28,807 nt of DNA from NCBI GenBank assembly GCA_030602105.1, contig JAUWAK010000001.1:1-28807 (forward strand). The letters run 5' to 3'. This DNA is from Candidatus Aerophobota bacterium (lineage in GTDB: Bacteria; Aerophobota; Aerophobia; Aerophobales; AE-B3A). Made by a program: the position numbers and the translations under genes. Below, in pieces: positions 26,170 to 28,807 of the stretch. The notes below the pieces were generated by a model, which was not told the origin of the DNA, did no database searches, and saw nothing but the letters and a program-made list of their open reading frames with translations. Position 1 is the first letter of the stretch. Each line of letters begins with the position of its first letter.

Positions 26170-26667
26170 ATGAAGAATCTTTTGATCATTAAGCCAGACC
26201 TATTTTGGTTAGGAATGGTTGTGTCCGAAAGGAAAGTGGTGAGGCTCTGTTTTTCTTATTCCGAGAAGGGCATCCGGGAAGGTTTAGGGATCAAATCGAG
26301 TCAAAGGCCTTCTGCCTCTTCCCTTCTTCAGTCATTGAAAAGCGACATGACCGATTATTGGAAAGGGATGAGGGTGGACTTTTCCGGATACCCCCTGGAT
26401 TTAGCCGGTTACTCTCCTTTTTACAAAAAGGTATGGACCCAGACTCGTCTTATTCCTTATGGAGAGGTGCGCTCCTACAAGTGGGTAGCTGAGGCGATTG
26501 GCACTAGGGGATTTCGGGCAGTGGGGAAAGCTTTAGGGAATAATCCTTTTCCCATCATTGTGCCGTGCCACAGAGTCATCAAAGAAGATGGGGGGCTGGG
26601 AGGATTTTCTTCGGGCCTGGCGATAAAGAGGAGACTTTTGAAAATCGAAGGATTCCTGAAGGACTGA
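26170..26667 (+). CDS. ogt: Methylated-DNA-protein-cysteine methyltransferase
   Basis: IPYGEVRSY, RAVG.ALG.NP.PIIVPCHRVI active-site motif; start 26170 or 26146. Confidence 0.93.
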   Translation: MKNLLIIKPDLFWLGMVVSERKVVRLCFSYSEKGIREGLGIKSSQRPSASSLLQSLKSDMTDYWKGMRVDFSGYPLDLAGYSPFYKKVWTQTRLIPYGEVRSYKWVAEAIGTRGFRAVGKALGNNPFPIIVPCHRVIKEDGGLGGFSSGLAIKRRLLKIEGFLKD

Positions 26668-26683
26668 TGGCAGGCTTTTGCTA

Positions 26684-26711
26684 TTGCCTAACTCATCGAA
26701 GCTATTATAAT
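26684..26711 (+). promoter_or_regulatory. Probable sigma70 promoter for secA
   Basis: TTGCCT-16 nt-TATAAT, about 65 nt upstream of the secA ATG. Confidence 0.55.
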
Positions 26712-26775
26712 GGTACAAAGCGTCGGAATCTTTGAGATTCTGACCTCTTAGTTATTTTGCTGCAAAGGATAGGCT

Positions 26776-28807
26776 ATGATTGGTAGGATTCTAGGTAAAG
26801 TTATTGGCACCAAACAGAAAAGGAGTATCAAGAAGCTTCTCCCTCTAGTTGGTGCCACAAATGCGTGGGAGAGAAAGACAAGCAAACTCTCGGACAAGGC
26901 GCTGCAAGGAAAAACAGACGAATTTAGAGGCAAGATAAAACCCCTGGTTGGCCGGATCGACAGCCTGAGGAGGGAAATATCCGAGCTTTCTGATATCGAG
27001 CAAGAAAGGGCAAGGGTCTCCCTTCAAGAAAAAAGAAAACAACTCGATGACCTTATTTATGATCTTCTTCCTGAGGCCTTTTCGGCGGTGCGGGAAGCGG
27101 CAAAAAGGACTATAGGCCTTCGTCTCTATGATGAGCAGCTTATGGGAGGAATAATTCTCCACCAGGGAGGTATAGCAGAGATGGCTAATGGTGAGGGTAA
27201 GACTCTGGTGGCTACGCTTCCTGTTTATCTCAATGCCCTGGAGGGGAAGGGAGTTCATGTGGTCACAGTCAATGATTATCTGGCCAAAAGAGATAGAGAT
27301 TGGATGGGACCGGTTTATGAGTTTCTGGGGCTTACGGCAGGGGTTATTCAGAACAAGCTGGACAGCATAAACAGGAAAAAAGCCTATGAGTGCGATATTA
27401 CCTATGGCACCAATAATGAGTTTGGGTTTGATTATCTCAGGGATAATATGGCCTCGAGGGTGGAGGATCAGGTACAAAGGGGTCATCACTATGTTATTGT
27501 CGATGAGGTAGATTCTATCCTGATTGATGAGGCGAGGACTCCTCTTATCATATCCGGGCCGGCGGAAGAGTCGACAGACAAATACCATAGAATTGATAGA
27601 CTTGTTCCCCGCTTAAAGGGACGTGAAGTGTTGAAGGATGAGAAAGAGGAAGGAGAAAGCACAGATTACGTGTGGAACCCGAAGGATCAGACCGTAGCTC
27701 TAACTGAGAAGGGAGTTAAGCGGGCGCAGGAGTTGCTAAGAGAGGGTGGTCTTCTCGCGAAAGACAAGAATCTCTTCGAGGGAGATAAGGATCACCCCGA
27801 GGATAGCATGGATCCGGAGACCCATAATTTGGTCACCCATATTAATCAGGCTCTCCGCGCTCACAGACTATTTGAAAAGGACAGGGATTATCTGGTCAAA
27901 GATGGAGAGATTGTCATTATTGATGAGTTTACGGGAAGGCTTATGCCGGGAAGACGCTGGAGCGATGGACTTCATCAGGCGGTGGAAGCCAAGGAGGGGG
28001 TAATGATCCGCAATGAAAACCAAACCCTGGCTACCATTACACTCCAGAACTACTTCAGGATGTATGACAAATTAGCAGGAATGACAGGGACAGCGGCTAC
28101 TGAGGCTGATGAATTCTTGAAAATATATAATCTGGAAGTGGTAAGCGTCCCCACTCATAAACCCACCATTCGGGAAAATGTTCCTGACCGAATCTATCAG
28201 ACAGAGAAGGCCAAATTTGAGGCGGTGATCAAAGAAGTAGAAAAACTTCACCAGGAAGGAACGCCCGTTTTGGTAGGGACGAGATCAGTGGAGAAGTCAG
28301 AAGCACTGAGCCGCTCTCTAAAAGAAAAAGGTGTACCTCACACCGTTCTCAATGCGAAGTATCATGAGAAGGAAGCCCAGATAGTGGCTCAGGCTGGTGA
28401 GAAGCGAGCGGTGACTATTGCCACCAACATGGCGGGAAGAGGGACCGACATTAAGTTAGGAAAAGGGGTAGAGGATCTAGGAGGCCTTTTTGTCATCGGA
28501 ACCGAACGCCATGAATCTCGTAGAATCGATAATCAGCTACGGGGAAGATCAGGCCGGCAGGGGGCCCCGGGCACTTCCCAGCTCCACGTTTCTCTCGAGG
28601 ATGAGCTGATGCGTCTTTTTGGCTCTGAAAGAATCGCCAGAATCATGCAGAGGCTGAAGATCCCGGAAGATCAACCCATTGAGCATCCTTGGGTTACCAA
28701 GGCCCTGGAAAGGGCACAGGAACAAGTGGAGAGAAGGAACTTCGATATAAGAAAACACCTCTTGGAATATGACGATGTGATGAATAAGCAAAGAGAGGTG
28801 ATCTACA
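26776..28807 (+). CDS. secA: Preprotein translocase subunit SecA, 3' end runs off the window
   Basis: Continuous frame from ATG 26776: [96 protein letters not shown]. Confidence 0.98.
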   Translation, partial: MIGRILGKVIGTKQKRSIKKLLPLVGATNAWERKTSKLSDKALQGKTDEFRGKIKPLVGRIDSLRREISELSDIEQERARVSLQEKRKQLDDLIYDLLPEAFSAVREAAKRTIGLRLYDEQLMGGIILHQGGIAEMANGEGKTLVATLPVYLNALEGKGVHVVTVNDYLAKRDRDWMGPVYEFLGLTAGVIQNKLDSINRKKAYECDITYGTNNEFGFDYLRDNMASRVEDQVQRGHHYVIVDEVDSILIDEARTPLIISGPAEESTDKYHRIDRLVPRLKGREVLKDEKEEGESTDYVWNPKDQTVALTEKGVKRAQELLREGGLLAKDKNLFEGDKDHPEDSMDPETHNLVTHINQALRAHRLFEKDRDYLVKDGEIVIIDEFTGRLMPGRRWSDGLHQAVEAKEGVMIRNENQTLATITLQNYFRMYDKLAGMTGTAATEADEFLKIYNLEVVSVPTHKPTIRENVPDRIYQTEKAKFEAVIKEVEKLHQEGTPVLVGTRSVEKSEALSRSLKEKGVPHTVLNAKYHEKEAQIVAQAGEKRAVTIATNMAGRGTDIKLGKGVEDLGGLFVIGTERHESRRIDNQLRGRSGRQGAPGTSQLHVSLEDELMRLFGSERIARIMQRLKIPEDQPIEHPWVTKALERAQEQVERRNFDIRKHLLEYDDVMNKQREVIY

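Noticed and set aside
26845-27588. 247-aa antisense ORF
   Set aside because: Lies wholly opposite the conserved secA frame and shows no family motif.

Overview
Housekeeping region of a bacterial chromosome, probably a deep-branching diderm (BamA is present; the taxon cannot be assigned from sequence alone). No mobile element, prophage or CRISPR array is supported. Minus strand: yidD-yidC-mnmE (mnmE runs off the left edge) behind a near-consensus sigma70 promoter, without the usual rpmH-rnpA. Plus strand from 3198 to the end: hom, rpsB (with a ~200-aa Glu/Lys tail), tsf, pyrH, frr, a LarA-family racemase/epimerase, fused transketolase, argB, tRNA-Gly(CCC), tRNA-Arg(TCG), a coiled-coil protein, RNase HI (apparent CTG start), RNase P RNA, a 57-aa two-helix membrane protein missed by the ORF track, rpmA, dnaB, purA, clpC, bamA, lipB, rsmD, a DUF523/TudS-like protein, uvrC, ogt and a partial secA. 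Most interesting leads: (1) a type-A RNase P RNA that appears to lack P17 and the P6 pseudoknot, overlaps the rnhA coding end, and whose protein gene rnpA is absent from its canonical locus; (2) YidC lacking the signature groove Arg, plus a SecA with a Walker-A Thr->Asn change; (3) a 190-bp direct plus inverted repeat element between tkt and argB; (4) a LarA homolog-transketolase pair appended to the rpsB-tsf-pyrH-frr operon. All family assignments rest on motifs recognised by eye; no database search was run.
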